Origin: Anthoceros angustus
Taxonomy: Eukaryota; Plantae; Anthocerotophyta
Assembly: GCA_010909165.1 (NCBI GenBank)
Contig: MU008154.1
Coordinates: 857,478 to 921,477 of the forward strand
Direction: 5' to 3'
Length of the DNA stretch: 64,000 nucleotides
Shown: piece after piece, positions 12,626 through 25,493 of the stretch
How the letters are laid out: each line of letters begins with the position of its first letter
How positions within the stretch are numbered: position 1 is the first letter of the stretch
Notes under the pieces: generated by a model
The model's database searches: none
The model's input: only the letters and a program-made list of their open reading frames with translations
Told to the model about the DNA's origin: nothing
Program-made: the position numbers and the translations under genes

Positions 12626-15600
12626 TTAAGCTTTTAGCTGGTGAAGTTGGACGAGCTGAGCGTAAACGCCCTTAGCTCGGAGCAGCTTAGCGTGGTGCCC
12701 TTCTCGACGACCTGGCCCTGGGAGACGACGGCGATCTGGGGGCGTTCTGGATGGTGCTGAGGCGGTGGGCGATGACGAGCGTGGTGCGGTTGCCCTGCAT
12801 GAGGCGATCCAGCGCCTCCTGGACCACGCGCTCGGATTCCGCGTCCAGGGCGCTGGTGGCCTCGTCCAGCAGCAGCACCTTGGGGTTCTTGAGGATGGCG
12901 CGGGCGATGGCGATGCGTTGCTTCTGGCCGCCCGACAGCTGCGTCCCGCGCTCGCCCACCTCCGTGTCGTAGCCCTCCGGCAGCCCGCTGATGAAGGCGT
13001 GCGCGTTGGCGCCCTTGGCCGCCTCCACCACCTCCGCCTCCGTCGCACCCTGCCGCCCGTACAGAATGTTGTCCCGGATGGTGGTGGAGAAGAGCGCCGG
13101 CTCCTGCTGCACCAGCGCGATGTGCTGCCGCAGCCGCCGCAGGTTCAGCCCCGTGATGTCCTTCCCGTCCAGCAGGACGCGCCCGCGGTCGGGGTCGTAG
13201 AAGCGCTCGATGAGCGCCACGACGGAGGACTTGCCCGACCCGCTCGGCCCGACCAGGGCCGTCGTGCTGTTCCCCGGGATGAGAAGGTGGATGCCCTGCA
13301 GGATCGGGGTGTCGGGGCGGGACGGGTAGGAGAAGTAGACGTTCTGAAGCTCGATGGTGCCGGCAATGGCGGATCCTGAGTCGTCCGCGCCGCCCTTGCC
13401 CGAGTCCGGGTCGATCGAGGACCTGCCAAGGAACGTTACGGTGAAATGTTGGGATATGGTGGTGGGCGGTAGAGGTATGGTTGTGGGCGGTCGAGATGTG
13501 GTGGTGGGCGATAGAGATACGGTGGTGGGCGATAGAGATACGGTGGTGGGCGATAGCGATACGGTGGTGGGCGATTGCGGGGGAGAAGGCAGGAATCTTG
13601 TGCAGGAGGATGAGGTGCTTACTTGCGGGAGATGATGTCGAAGGTGGACAGTGCTGCTTCCTTGGCTTTGCGGAGGTCGGGGAAGATCTTGAGCGACTCC
13701 AGGAGATGGAACGCGGTGTGGCCGACCACTTGGAAGACGGAGACTATGGCTACGAAGGTGGCCTGGCCCTTGCGGATGAGGAAGGCGCCGTACAACAGGC
13801 AGAAGGCTGAGGACATCAGGGCCAAGCAGTGAGCTATGCCGAACATGATTCCGCCCAGCAAGGACTTCCTGATCCTCGACTTGTTTCCGCTCTTCACCTG
13901 GTTCTGGAAGACGGACAAAAGCTTTTCTTCCAGACAAAGGGAAGCAACCGTGCGAATGTTGCCCACTGCCTCCGCAGCGATCTGCGCTGATCTCTCCTGG
14001 GCCAGCTTGGAGTTGCCTCCGAGAGCACCGGTCAGGAAGGAGTTCTGCGAGCAAGAGAGAATGAAGACGTGAGCAATTCGGATATAGACATGCCTTCTTT
14101 CCATGTCCAGGGTCAAGGAGGAAGTGTAGGAGTATGTGTTGTACCCGCATAGCTCCGGAGAAGAGTGCCAAGGGAAAGGCTGACAACGCAACCATCGCCA
14201 TGCGCCATGAAATCGACATCGCCCAAACCACCGCTAGTAGTAGAGATGTCCCGTATTGCACCAGGCAGCTCACTCGCTCGGTCAGGGCAATTTTCACGAT
14301 TGCTGAGTCGGTGGACAGCCTCGAGGTCACAGCTGCACTGTTGTTCTCCTCACGATCGAACCATGCCACTTCGTTCTGCATGAGAGCTGGCAAAGGCCCA
14401 AAATGCGTTCCACAAGACATTCATGAGGGCCAGAAGGAGAAGGGATTCTGGATTCTGGAATCTGGAATCTGGAATCTGGAATGCATACACAACATTTGGT
14501 GAGGGAATTGCATGAGTACACTACCTTTAAAGGCTGCTTCTTCCATTCTCTTGCTAACCGTGGCCCCGATGGTTGTGCTGTAGATCTGCTGCGCGGCCGT
14601 GGACATGAGATTGATGAATCCCAAGCCGACGAAGACGATGCAGTACTTGGCCACGCCACTCTTGAGGTGAGGCCCGGTGATGTTGGGTTCGAAGAAGAGG
14701 CCCAGCATCCTGACCGAGAGCACCGCGAACAGGGGATTGAAGCATCCGGCGACGGAGGATGCCACAAGTGCCACCACTGAAATGGTTGCTTTCCCTTTGA
14801 GAAATTGGAGTGCAGTTCCAACCGGAAATTTCTTCAGAGTGGGCTCTTGAGTCGCTTTGTTGTCGTCGATTTCCTCCAGGGATGTGGTTTGCGGCTGCAC
14901 TGACTGCCTCACTGGAAGGGGGGAGAAGGCAGAAGTCTGGAGGCCCAGGTTGGGTGAGAGCATTTCCGACAGGGCCGGGCTCGCCAGGAATTTGGGCCTG
15001 TCCATGGCTGCTGAAAATATCTCGGAGTGCGGGCTGTAGATGCCTGACCATGTCCCTACTTCAATTCCAGCATGGAAGCTCCGTCTGTGCAAAACTGCCC
15101 CAGCAGGGCTTGCACGATAGCTTGACGATAGAGGACTTGCTTGAACGCTGCTCCACCTTGCAGGAGAGGGAGCGGAAGAATCCGTGGCTCTGCATCGATG
15201 TCACCCAGGTCATGGCACGTTTGTGAACATGGATGAATTCATGCATGGCATTCATGAATTCATAGCAATGTAATGTTAGAAGGAAAGGCTGACAACGCAA
15301 CCATCGCCATGCGCCATGAAATCGACATCGCCCAAACCACCGCTAGTAGTAGAGATGTCCCGTATTGCACCAGGCAGCTCACTCGCTCGGTCAGGGCAAT
15401 TTTCACGATTGCTGAGTCGGTGGACAGCCTCGAGGTCACAGCTGCACTGTTGTTCTCCTCACGATCGAACCATGCCACTTCGTTCTGCATGAGAGCTGGC
15501 AAAGGCCCAAAATGCGTTCCACAAGACATTCATGAGGGCCAGAAGGAGAAGGATTCTGGATTCTGGAATCTGGAATCTGGAATCTGGAATGCATACACAA

Positions 15601-18600
15601 CATTTGGTGAGGGAATTGCATGAGTACACTACCTTTAAAGGCTGCTTCTTCCATTCTCTTGCTAACCGTGGCCCCGATGGTTGTGCTGTAGATCTGCTGC
15701 GCGGCCGTGGACATGAGATTGATGAATCCCAAGCCGACGAAGACGATGCAGTACTTGGCCACGCCACTCTTGAGGTGAGGCCCGGTGATGTTGGGTTCGA
15801 AGAAGAGGCCCAGCATCCTGACCGAGCACCGCGAACAGGGGATTGAAGCATCCGGCGACGGAGGATGCCACAAGTGCCACCACTGAAATGGTTGCTTTCC
15901 CTTTGAGAAATTGGAGTGCAGTTCCAACCGGAAATTTCTTCAGAGTGGGCTCTTGAGTCGCTTTGTTGTCGTCGATTTCCTCCAGGGATGTGGTTTGCGG
16001 CTGCACTGACTGCCTCACTGGAAGGGGGGAGAAGGCAGAAGTCTGGAGGCCCAGGTTGGGTGAGAGCATTTCCGACAGGGCCGGGCTCGCCAGGAATTTG
16101 GGCCTGTCCATGGCTGCTGAAAATATCTCGGAGTGCGGGCTGTAGATGCCTGACCATGTCCCTACTTCAATTCCAGCATGGAAGCTCCGTCTGTGCAAAA
16201 CTGCCCCAGCAGGCTTGCACGATAATGACGATAGAGGACTTGCTTGAACGCTGCTCCACCTTGCAGGAGAGGGAGCGGAAGAATCCGTGGCTCTGCATCG
16301 ATGTCACCCAGGTCATGGCACGTTTGTGAACATGGATGAATTCATGCATGGCATTCATGAATTCATAGCAATGTGCTAGGTAGAAGGAAAGGAAGGTGCT
16401 TACTTGTATCTTTGCTGGGCACTGGAGGCCTGCAGGTTCATCAGAGTGTGGTAGATACCGCTGCTGCCCTTGCTGAGGAGCTCGTTGTGGGTTCCCAGCT
16501 CGGCAATCTGGCCCCGATCGAACACTGCAATGAGGTCAGCATGTTGGATGGTGGAAAGCCTATGTGCCACCACCACCGTGGTTCTCCCCTGCATCAGATT
16601 GTTGAGTGCCTGCTGCACCACCTGCTCGGATTCAGTGTCCAGTGCGCTTGTGGCTTCGTCCAGCAGTAGGATAGAAGGATTCTTCAGGACTGCCCTGGCA
16701 ATGGCCACCCTCTGCTTCTGACCTCCTGACAGCTGCAGCCCTCTTTCTCCAACCTACAGGATCAGGGGGTTTCAGCTTTAGGAGTGAGCCTGTAATAGAA
16801 GTCTCAGAACTTGAGATGACTTGTAAGCCGACTCCATACCTGAGTCTCGTACTGCAGGGGCAAGCCTGAGATGAAGGAGTGGGCGTTGGCAGCCTGTGAA
16901 GCGGAAATCACATCCTGGTCAGTTGCACCCTCCTTCCCGTGCAGAATGTTCTCTTTGATGCTGCCTGCAAACAGCACAGGCTCCTGCCCGACAAGCCCCG
17001 TCTGGCTCCTCAACCACTTCAGCTGCAACGTCTTGATGTCTACACCATCCACCTTCACCACACCTGCAGGTCGGACATTCCTTCACATATATCACAAGAT
17101 GCTCAAGAATGACAAGACAGTCAAACGGCATTGGATCCGGAATATATTGCAGACGTACCCGAGGAAGGGTCATAGAAGCGTTCGATGAGGGAGATGACAG
17201 TGCTCTTCCCGGACCCACTTGCCCCAACCAAGGCCACAGTCTTCCCAGCCGGAATTCGGAGACTCAGATTTTTGAAAAGAAGGACGTCTGGGCGGGCCGG
17301 GTAGGCAAAGTGCACGTTGGAGAGCTCGATCTCTCCTTTGAGCGACGGCAGAATATCCCCGGTGCTGCTGAGCGAGTCGATGCGGGGCTGGCGTTCTATG
17401 ATCTCAAATATCCTGTAAGCCGCAACCTTTGCCTTGGCGAAGGTCTCGGTTTCCCGGAGAGCAACCCCCAGTGACCTGCAGTGCCACATGGTTGCTGAAT
17501 CTCAGAACTTTCCTCCCCTCACAAATTTCAGCATTCAAGAACCGTAATGCAATGGAAGGGGGTGGGATTGGGCAAGCTCACGGTCCGGTGAAGACTGCTG
17601 TCAAGGCGCATGCCATGATGTTGGCAGGTGGGATGTTTTGCCCGCCGGCGATGAGCAGGGCCCCGACCCAGAACATGATGGCCCACTGCATGTTGTTGAG
17701 AGCCAGGGTGATGCCCAAGCCGAAGCCCTTGGCCAGCCCGCCGCTCCTGCTCAGCCGCACCGCCGTTTCCAGCAGCTTGGACAAGGCTTGCCCGGCTTTC
17801 GTCTCTCCCACGTAGGAGTACACCGTGCGGATTTGCGAGACCGTCTGCCACAAACAGTTCAGACACGAGGGGAGTTCATCATCAGGCTTGGATCTGAAGC
17901 AGCTAAGTGAAGGACTGTGTTGTTGAACCTCTTGCAACCGCCCACCTGCTCGATCAGGCTGTCGGTGGTTTTGTAGGCTCCTGCAGCCTGGACGGCGAAC
18001 TTGGTGTAAATCTTGGTGTAGGTGACGGCGATGGTGAAGGTGACGGGCAGCAGGAAGACACATATCAGGGCCAGCTGCCACACCTCCACCAGCATGAAAA
18101 CCAGACCACCTATGAATGTCGACACGTTGTGCAAGAAGCTGGATACCTGCGAGATGTTACCGGTGTTGAATGAGATGAGGCAGCATGGAGTGTAACAGAG
18201 CAGATAGAGGTATGCAGGATCAATCAACACTCACCCTCTCTCCCATGGCATCGTGGAGGAGCATGGAATCGACTGAGATGAGACGGAGTATCTCGCCCGT
18301 GGTCATTTCGGTGTCGTAGTACCCAACTTCCTGGCGCAACATGGCTCGCAAGTATTTGGCTCTGATGCGCCCTGTCTGTCTGTCTCCCGTTATGGTCCAG
18401 AAACCCACCTCTGCATTGCAACGTGCAATACATACTTTCTGGTCAGTTGGATGCTCCAGCAAAATTCAGTCTCAATTCAGCAAGATGGAAGAAGTTCATG
18501 AATTTGTGGAATTGAGCTTCTCCTGAAAGAGTGTGTGTGGAGGATGGGAGCTGTATGTACTTTACCCATGAATGCCAGCCATGGTATCTGAACAGCGATG

Positions 18601-19188
18601 TAGATCAAGACCAGCACCCCCTGGGAAACACAGGAATTCATCCCATCAAGAGTCTGACTTTGAGGTATCAAATGAGAGATGTGGAAATTGTCTTCATCAT
18701 GTGCATACCTTGAAGGCCTCTTTGTAGCCCTGAGCTGACTTGAGTCCATAAGTTCCCAGGGCGCCCATGATTTTGCAGATGACATAGATGCTCAGAGGAA
18801 TGACGAGGCCGTGGAGCACGGCTCCCACAGATCCCAGGACCATGAGGACCCAGTCCACCCAATCAGCAGACCTAAACAAGTGCAGGTAAGGCACAGATCC
18901 TATCCCAGGACTGGGCTTTCGGATTGAATCTTCCGATTCCAGGAGCTTGCTACTGGACTTCGACTTGGGCTCCTGCTGCCCTCCAGCCCCTGCCTCACTC
19001 GCAGCAAACGACATGCTGTAGGTGCTGGCATCCGAGAAGCTGTGGGGGCTCACCACCGAGTCCAGGTACTGGCTGGCATTGGACATCTGCCCTGATTGCA
19101 GATCTAAGGACAGGTAGCTCGAGAAGCGCGAAGACGCACTGGAGGGCCTGACCGAGGTGTTGCTGAAGTCATCGTCTCGCGTCCCCAT
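12626..19188 (-). CDS. ABCB: Full-size ABCB (MDR/PGP-type) transporter, TMD1-NBD1-TMD2-NBD2, multi-exon; interrupted by an internal 1.1-kb duplication
   Basis: Two NBDs with Walker A ([16 protein letters not shown]), LSGGQKQR signature, [11 protein letters not shown] and AHRLSTI. TMD motifs include [17 protein letters not shown] and [18 protein letters not shown] introns traced between exons. Confidence 0.93.
13450..13580. repeat. 21-bp minisatellite in the last ABCB intron (also at ~11815-11935)
   Basis: GGTGGTGGGCGATAGAGATAC units lie between the donor after ...ATCTCCCGCAA and the acceptor TTGGCAG/GTCCTCG. Confidence 0.85.
14173..16392. repeat. ~1.11-kb intragenic tandem duplication in ABCB (14173-15281 / 15282-16392)
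   Basis: Near-identical copies at offset ~1109, with junction microhomology GGAAAGG. The copies differ by small indels. Confidence 0.9.
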
Positions 19189-19949
19189 GGCTTCTCCAGC
19201 TCCACGGCAGCACACAGTCACGATAGTCTTAACCGACAACTAGAGGGGAGGACTCATTGCTGATTCCTGACAGGTGCAGCTATCTGCTCTTCTTCTCATT
19301 TCGACATTGACAGCACCTTGGACAGAGTACAGACCAGGACATCAGGGACCTGCAGCCACAGATGTGCTTCAGCTGCAGAGACACCAACCCGTGCATGGCA
19401 TGGCATGCTTTGTATGCTCTGGAGTCCTGGGTGCACATCGCCAAATCTGCTGCTCCTGTAGTGTATCGACGTTGCTTCACATCACATAGAGGTACAGCAG
19501 GTATCCCCATTGTGCCAAGTGTCGGCGCCGTCTCACAAGATTCCACAGGGTCTCAGCAACGATTCCCTTTTTTGGTTGCAGCTGCAGCTCCCTTGTTGTC
19601 AATGGCATCTCGAAGGGAGAACTCTCGCCTACTGCTCTTGTCCTCAGTTTTTGTCCTGCTGCTTGCCCCATGTTTTTTCTGAGCCTTGAGTACGTGTGGC
19701 TTCGTCAACATCTGTGCCTAGAACATATTGCGGTGCCGGCCCCGGCCCTACCCCGTCCTCTGGTCATTACATACAGACTTAAATAGGTCATTTGATTTAA
19801 TACCTTCGTAAAATTTGCCGGCTACTTCAAAACCTCCTCCCGGCCAACCTAATCTGCGACCTGCTTCTTCCTCCTCTATTTTCTGCGTTTTTTTCTCCCA
19901 GTCTATCCTCTACCTCCTTCCCAGCTAGCATAACGAGCTTCTTACAAGA

Positions 19950-22810
19950 GGACAAGCATGGGAAAACTTTGTAGCACAGTCCTGGCGTGTTGAAGGACGA
20001 TGCATCTTATCATTTCTGTGGTATGATATTGGGATAGGGTCAGATGCATTAGAAATGGTTACTCATGAAGAAATGGGAATGTTATGAGCGGTTCGTACTT
20101 ACAATGACCAAAAGAATTAGCATGCAAGCTAGACCTTGCCTTGAACATTATGTTGGCCAAGGTATGTTATTTTTATCAAAAAGTATGAAGCTTCTTAAGA
20201 TATAAGAAGGAGAATTTTGAAGTGGTATGAACGATGCCTCCATCAAATGTCAAGCATACTGCAAGTAGCCGCAATCATTTGAAAAGAGCTCACGAACCTT
20301 GGGACAATCACTTCCAACGAGCTCATATTTCCAAGGAAGACCATCATCGAGGTTTGGACTATAATGAACTTGAGAAAATTGCGGATGGAGTTGAAAAGAT
20401 GGTTATGTCTTGGAATCAATGCAAGGAAGAACGAGGTAGAGAATATGAGAGAGTTAGAACCTCTCTTGATGAGGACTCCCGACACTTCCAAAAAGAGGTG
20501 GCAAAGTTGAATGAGGAGTTAAGATTGAACAAGTTAGAGACAACACCAAAATCACCTAGTAAAGTGGCCACAGAATTTAATGTATCATATAGTAGATCAA
20601 GTTCACCAACAAAGAGAGCACAAGAAACAGATAACTCTCCAAAGTGTAAAGCATTCATCAACAAAGGAAATGGAGATGAAACCTATAAAGTTGTGAAAAG
20701 TGGTTTCCATGGTGAAGAAGAGCTTCAATTGTCTTTGAATAGACGAAATCTTCCTGAAACAACTAGCTTGCCACTTGGAAAAGAACATCAAAATCTAAAA
20801 TCCTCTGAGTCAAGAGGTTGTAATGGTTGTAGAATTTATTCAGGAAGGGATTGTGGTGAGGATTTTAATGGTAGGTCTGATGTTTGTACTTAGTGATGTT
20901 GTGTGGTTTATTACAATACAAATTGATTCAAAGGCTCCTAAGTAACCTTTTTCATTGGCTTGCTCAGGTTCACATTCTGGGATTAAGCTCCCAGCTTTAG
21001 ATGGTATTAATTTCAAAGGATTGGAGAGTAGATTAGCCACCCTCAATAATCATTGTTTTGCCGCATCATTCAAGGTACAAACTAACAATTAAAACTATAT
21101 TGACACTTTGCAACAATAAAACTTCATCAGAAAGTACATGTGTTTAAAATATATAAGGATTTATGTAGGCAAGGGATCCTCCATGCATTGCTAATAAACC
21201 CATTAATGGCGAAATAGAAGAGCTTCGTATGGCACTGGTAGAAACGCAAGTGCAATCTGAGCTAAAGGTACATATTGTTTATGATATGCATAGATACTAA
21301 TTCAATATGTTAACAAAGTTGTGCTGCTCTTTTCCTGATGATGCCGAATATATATATCAATATATGTTAGTATGGATAATGCAGATAATCGAGATGAAGC
21401 TCGATTTATTGCAGAACTTGAGTCAAACTAAGGCAAAGAGAGCTTGTGAGCTAGATTTTGATTGTCCACAGAAAAATCTTGCTCTTACAAATTATGCAGA
21501 GGTAGCAGATTTCTATTTGCCTATCTATTTTTATTTTTTATACTTTATTTGATTGTAATATCATTTTAAAAAGTGTGTTTTGATTTGGATTATAAAGAAT
21601 AGAATCGATCCATCAAATTACACAAATAGAGAACCAATATGTAGGGGTAAGGTAGAACTAGGCTCCAAGTTCTTGGAACTCAAAAAATAGATGTAACATT
21701 GGAAAATGTTGGAGGAAGGTGAGCAAGTCATTTTAAATGAGTTTGATATATATTATTTTTTTGGCAGGATAGACTAGATCGTCCAAGATGGGAATGTAAA
21801 CAATTTGTGAAACTGCAACAAGACAAAAAAGTACTAATGAGAGAACTTTGTAACTTGAAAAAGAGAGAAAGGTATGATTTTCAACATCGTTTTGTTTCAA
21901 TCAATTATCATGAATGTACCAAATATTAGCCTTAAAGTACCACAAGCTTCTTGTAATGATAGACAATTTGATCTTCAACAACGCAATCTTGATACCGCGA
22001 TTCAAAGAGTGAACCGCTTACAAAGGTAGCACTTTTATTTCAGCTTTAATTCTGAAGCTTGAAATTCGACATAAAGAAAACCAATGAGCTAGAAAAAATA
22101 TTAGATTGTTATCAAAAAAAGAAGAAGAATTGATTGATTCCCAACTACGGGAGAAGGAATTGAAAGCTCGCCTAGATGATTTTACTCGCAAGGAACAAGA
22201 AGAATCTAGGCATATTGAGCCCAAAAAGTTTTTGCAAGTTCTTCCTTTGATAAGAAAATGGTTGAATTCATTACAACAAGTAAGGAAACCACAATTGTAA
22301 TTATTTTAATTCTTGATTTGATGAAAATTTTGTAAGTGATATCTCTTACTTTTGTATTATATAAACAATCTCATGTACTATGTAGGCAAATCATGAAACA
22401 TTTAGAGATTGTACATATCCAAATTGTTGTCGACATCCAGATTGTTGTCCACACGCAAATGATGTAAGTTTTGATAACATTTGACTGATTAATTGTATCA
22501 AAAAGCAATAATATTCATAAAATATGTTTAAGTTTTTTAGTAAAAAAGCATAATCTACTAGGATGAAAGTACGGATTATTTCAATAACATGCTGAGTGAA
22601 GAAAGTAATCAAGACGTGAGTATTTTCAAGACATCAATGAAAAGGAAAGCAAATTTATGAAGTATAAAATAAATAACATATTTTTTCTTTTCAGTTTTCA
22701 TCGAAGCAAGGGAAAATGCAAATCAATGCTATTGTGCAAGAATTGAATAGAGAGGTACATGCTCTACAAGAGGAGCTTTCGCGGATTTTCTTTAACACTA
22801 ACCAAATATA
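19950..22810 (+). CDS. AT-rich multi-exon coiled-coil gene of unknown function
   Basis: A 219-aa ORF at 20234-20893 plus AG/GT-bounded exon-like segments (EIEELRMALVETQVQSELK; LSKKEEELIDSQLREKELKARLDD...; IVQELNREVHALQEEL). Gene model uncertain. Confidence 0.4.
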
Positions 22811-22869
22811 GTAAAGAGGTTTTTTGGGAAAACTTGTTGGAAAAATGCTGGGAAATTTAGGCTATGCCG

Positions 22870-23095
22870 TGTGATGTGTTATCATTGTACTTCTGGCTTC
22901 TGGCTGTCCTTGGCTCTCAAAGATTTCGCAGTACTCAGATGTGCACTAAACCTACTATGAATCAAGCAAGGACATTCAGTGATGGGTTATCATCGTACTT
23001 CTCACTTCTGGCTGTCCTTGGCTCTCAAAGATTTCGCAATCGTCAGATGTGCACTAAAACTACTGTGAATCAAGCAAGGACATTCTTTGCACGTC
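22870..23095 (+). repeat. ~117-bp tandem doublet
   Basis: ...CTGGCTGTCCTTGGCTCTCAAAGATTTCGCA...AATCAAGCAAGGACATTC occurs twice. Confidence 0.85.
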
Positions 23096-23129
23096 TTCTA
23101 ACTTTTCTAATAACTAAAAAGTGAGTCCA

Positions 23130-23660
23130 AGACCCACGAGGATGGACTTCTCTCATAGTACCAACGCCCTTTGTACTTCAACCCTTCGAAAGAAGAAAAA
23201 GAAGAATTCTATTATAATCCACTATGATGGAATTTTTTCCTATCATGGGACTTGGTGACTAAAAAGTAACTAAAAACTGAGTCTAAGCTCCACGAGAATT
23301 GGCTGCTCTCAAAGTACCAAAGTCTATCATACTTCAACCCTTCCAAAACGACTGCCATACTTCAACCCTTCCAAAACCACTGCCATACTTCAACCCTTCT
23401 AAAACGCCTCCCATACTTCAACCCTTCCAAAAAGAAGAAGGAGTCTATCGTAATCCACTTGGACGAAATCTTTTCCTATCACAGGAAAGTTGCACCATGG
23501 TGTGTCTAAGCTACTTACACCAAAGGCATCCAATCCCTCTAGGCACCAAGGGCATCCACTCCCTCTGAGTACCAAGAGCATCACTCCTCTAGGCACCTCA
23601 TCTAAGTACCCATAGAAGCATGGGATACGTAAACACAGGCATTGTTATAATTGTGTTTTT
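23130..23660. mobile_element. Copy of the dispersed ~250-bp element with added ~20-bp CCATACTTCAACCCTT repeats
   Basis: Shares the core CCATGGTGTG(T/C)CTAAGCTACT...CCAAGGGCATCCACTCC with 9240-9590, 26115-26320 and 50330-50570. Confidence 0.65.
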
Positions 23661-23744
23661 ATTTTATTTTAGCTAATTTAGAGACTTTATATATATTTCA
23701 AAGTATACATTGAAGTTCCGCATTGGGAATCTGAAAGGGAGTCA

Positions 23745-24160
23745 TCTGATGGGCACTAATTGGAGTAACCGTAGGACACTGATGGAAGTAACCTATGCAC
23801 TAACTGGAGTAAACCCATATGGCACTATCAACGGGTGACCCTGCACATGGTGGAGAGGAAGGCATGATGTTTCATGGCGACCCTGCACACGGCGGAGAGG
23901 AAGGTAGGATGTTTCATAGCTGATAGCCCTATAGCGACCCTGCACACGGCGGAGAGGAAGGCAGGATGTTTCATAGTTGATAGCCCCATGACGACCCTGC
24001 ACACGGTAGAGAGGAAGGCAGGATGTTTCATAGCTGATAGCCCCATGGCGACCCTGCACACGGCGGAGAGGAAGGCCGGATGTTTCAAAGCTGATAGCCC
24101 CATGGCGACCCTGCACACGATGGAGAGGAAGGCAAGATGTTTCATATCAGAGCCTATCAA
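23745..24160. repeat. 60-bp minisatellite (~5 units) preceded by ~22-bp repeats
   Basis: GCGACCCTGCACACGGCGGAGAGGAAGGCAGGATGTTTCATAGCTGATAGCCCCATG-like units, with no unique spacers. Confidence 0.9.
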
Positions 24161-24804
24161 GCTGGGATGAGTGGCACCCCATCCAGGCACTGATCCGTAC
24201 GAAAACGCTTAACTGGCCATTGTGTGAATTTTGAGAGATTTGTGCGTTGGCTGATTGTGTGGCCTATTGTGCTACGCGCATTAAAGCTTTCCCAGGTATG
24301 CTAGGCTGAAGGTTGAAAGACAATATAATAAACGCATTCCCAACACAATGTATGCATGTCTGCTAGCCTGAAGGTTGAAAGACAAAGATATTAAACGCAT
24401 TCCCAGCACATTGTACGCAAGTCTATGGTTGACAATGTGGGAGAGGGTCGGATATTTTTAAGCCCCCTTTTACCCGCGGTCGGTCGGCCGGCAGCAGCGG
24501 TCCACACATCTAGAAAAACAGCTTCTTACATCGCAGAAGAAAGCTGTGTTTGGCGCTGGGCCTGCTGTCCAAAACGAGGATGACTCGTTGTCTGAGAACC
24601 ACAACGAGCTGATCTGCTTCTGAATCTTGTTTGTAAACGAGCGCCGTGGATAGCCGTTCGCAGCTGGTCTCACACAACGGATCCTCCGGAGCATGTTCCG
24701 CTGTGGTTCAATCTCTGTCAACTAGGACAGTTTTCTCCTCCTTCGAGAGAGAAGAAAACACAAGAAGGGAATCTCAAGTCCTGAGTCTGAATCATCTGGT
24801 CTCA

Positions 24805-25493
24805 ACCTTGATGCCTGCCAGCTGCTTCGAGAGCCTCCTTGGCCCGTTGCACCTTGGATTGAATGTAGAAACTTCCTTTCACAGCATTCTTCTCGAACAA
24901 ATGATTATATTTCTACAAAGCATACGACGTTGTCAGTGGACGACAAAAACCTGCTTGGAGTTGCAATTCGTACAAGAACTTACCAGCAAGACCAAAAAAC
25001 AATACCCACAGCCGCAAAAGGTCAGTGCTCAGATGTAGACCCACCTGCATAACTTCCTTCCAAGTTGCGTTCTCACTGACACCCAGCACAAGCCTTGCCT
25101 CGTGTTCTGTCATTCCAGTGGAAACCCTATGCGCCATATTCTGCACTACTCGCCGAGCAGGTTCCGAATTCCCGGCATCTACAAATACAAAAGACAACAC
25201 CATATCTTCACATTCCTGAACCAATTCTCATTCTACCCTAACTGCAGGACTATGTCAGTCACCTTAACACAAGTCCACCAGTCCAAGCTGTAGAACATAC
25301 TGATAATTGCTTGTCTATAAGCTTGTGTGATCGCCCTTGCAACAACGCTAGAGCCAAGGGCAACTATCTCGGCAATAATCTTCGCAGCCTGCACCGACAT
25401 CCACAGCACCGCTTTCAGGCCTAAATCCAACGCAATCCAGGCTTCACACATAAATCACAATTAACTTGGCCAACACCACGAATCCCGTACCAT
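24805..25493 (-). CDS. PAM16: Mitochondrial import motor subunit PAM16/TIM16 (ATG-only exon 1 plus three exons)
   Basis: Spliced translation: MAAKIIAEIVALGSSVVARAITQAYRQAII-NAG...MTEHEARLVLGVSENATWKEVMQ-KYNHLFEKNAVKGSFYIQSKVQRAKEALE. Splice sites are canonical. Confidence 0.92.

Larger units (their letters stand above)
10638..13928. repeat. ~1.64-kb tandem duplication (10638-12275 / 12276-13928) covering the ABCB 3' exons and downstream flank
   Basis: Near-identical copies at offset 1638, differing mostly by 1-7 nt deletions. Confidence 0.9.

Noticed and set aside
12626-13422. Horizontal (bacterial) origin of the GC-rich ABC domain
   Set aside because: Motifs and flanking spliced exons are typical of plant ABCB/PGP genes.
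13423-13622. SPTTVSL mucin-like repeat apparently inserted in the ABCB protein (ORF 12687-14420)
   Set aside because: It lies in an intron. GTAAGC donor and TTGGCAG acceptor splicing restores DIISRK-SSIDPD, and the ORF-track frame upstream of it is not the true frame.
3745-19188. DUF26 + LRR + ABCB as a functional defence or metabolic gene cluster
   Set aside because: No biosynthetic enzymes, the LRR is decayed, and the sequence gives no evidence of co-regulation. Adjacency alone is insufficient.
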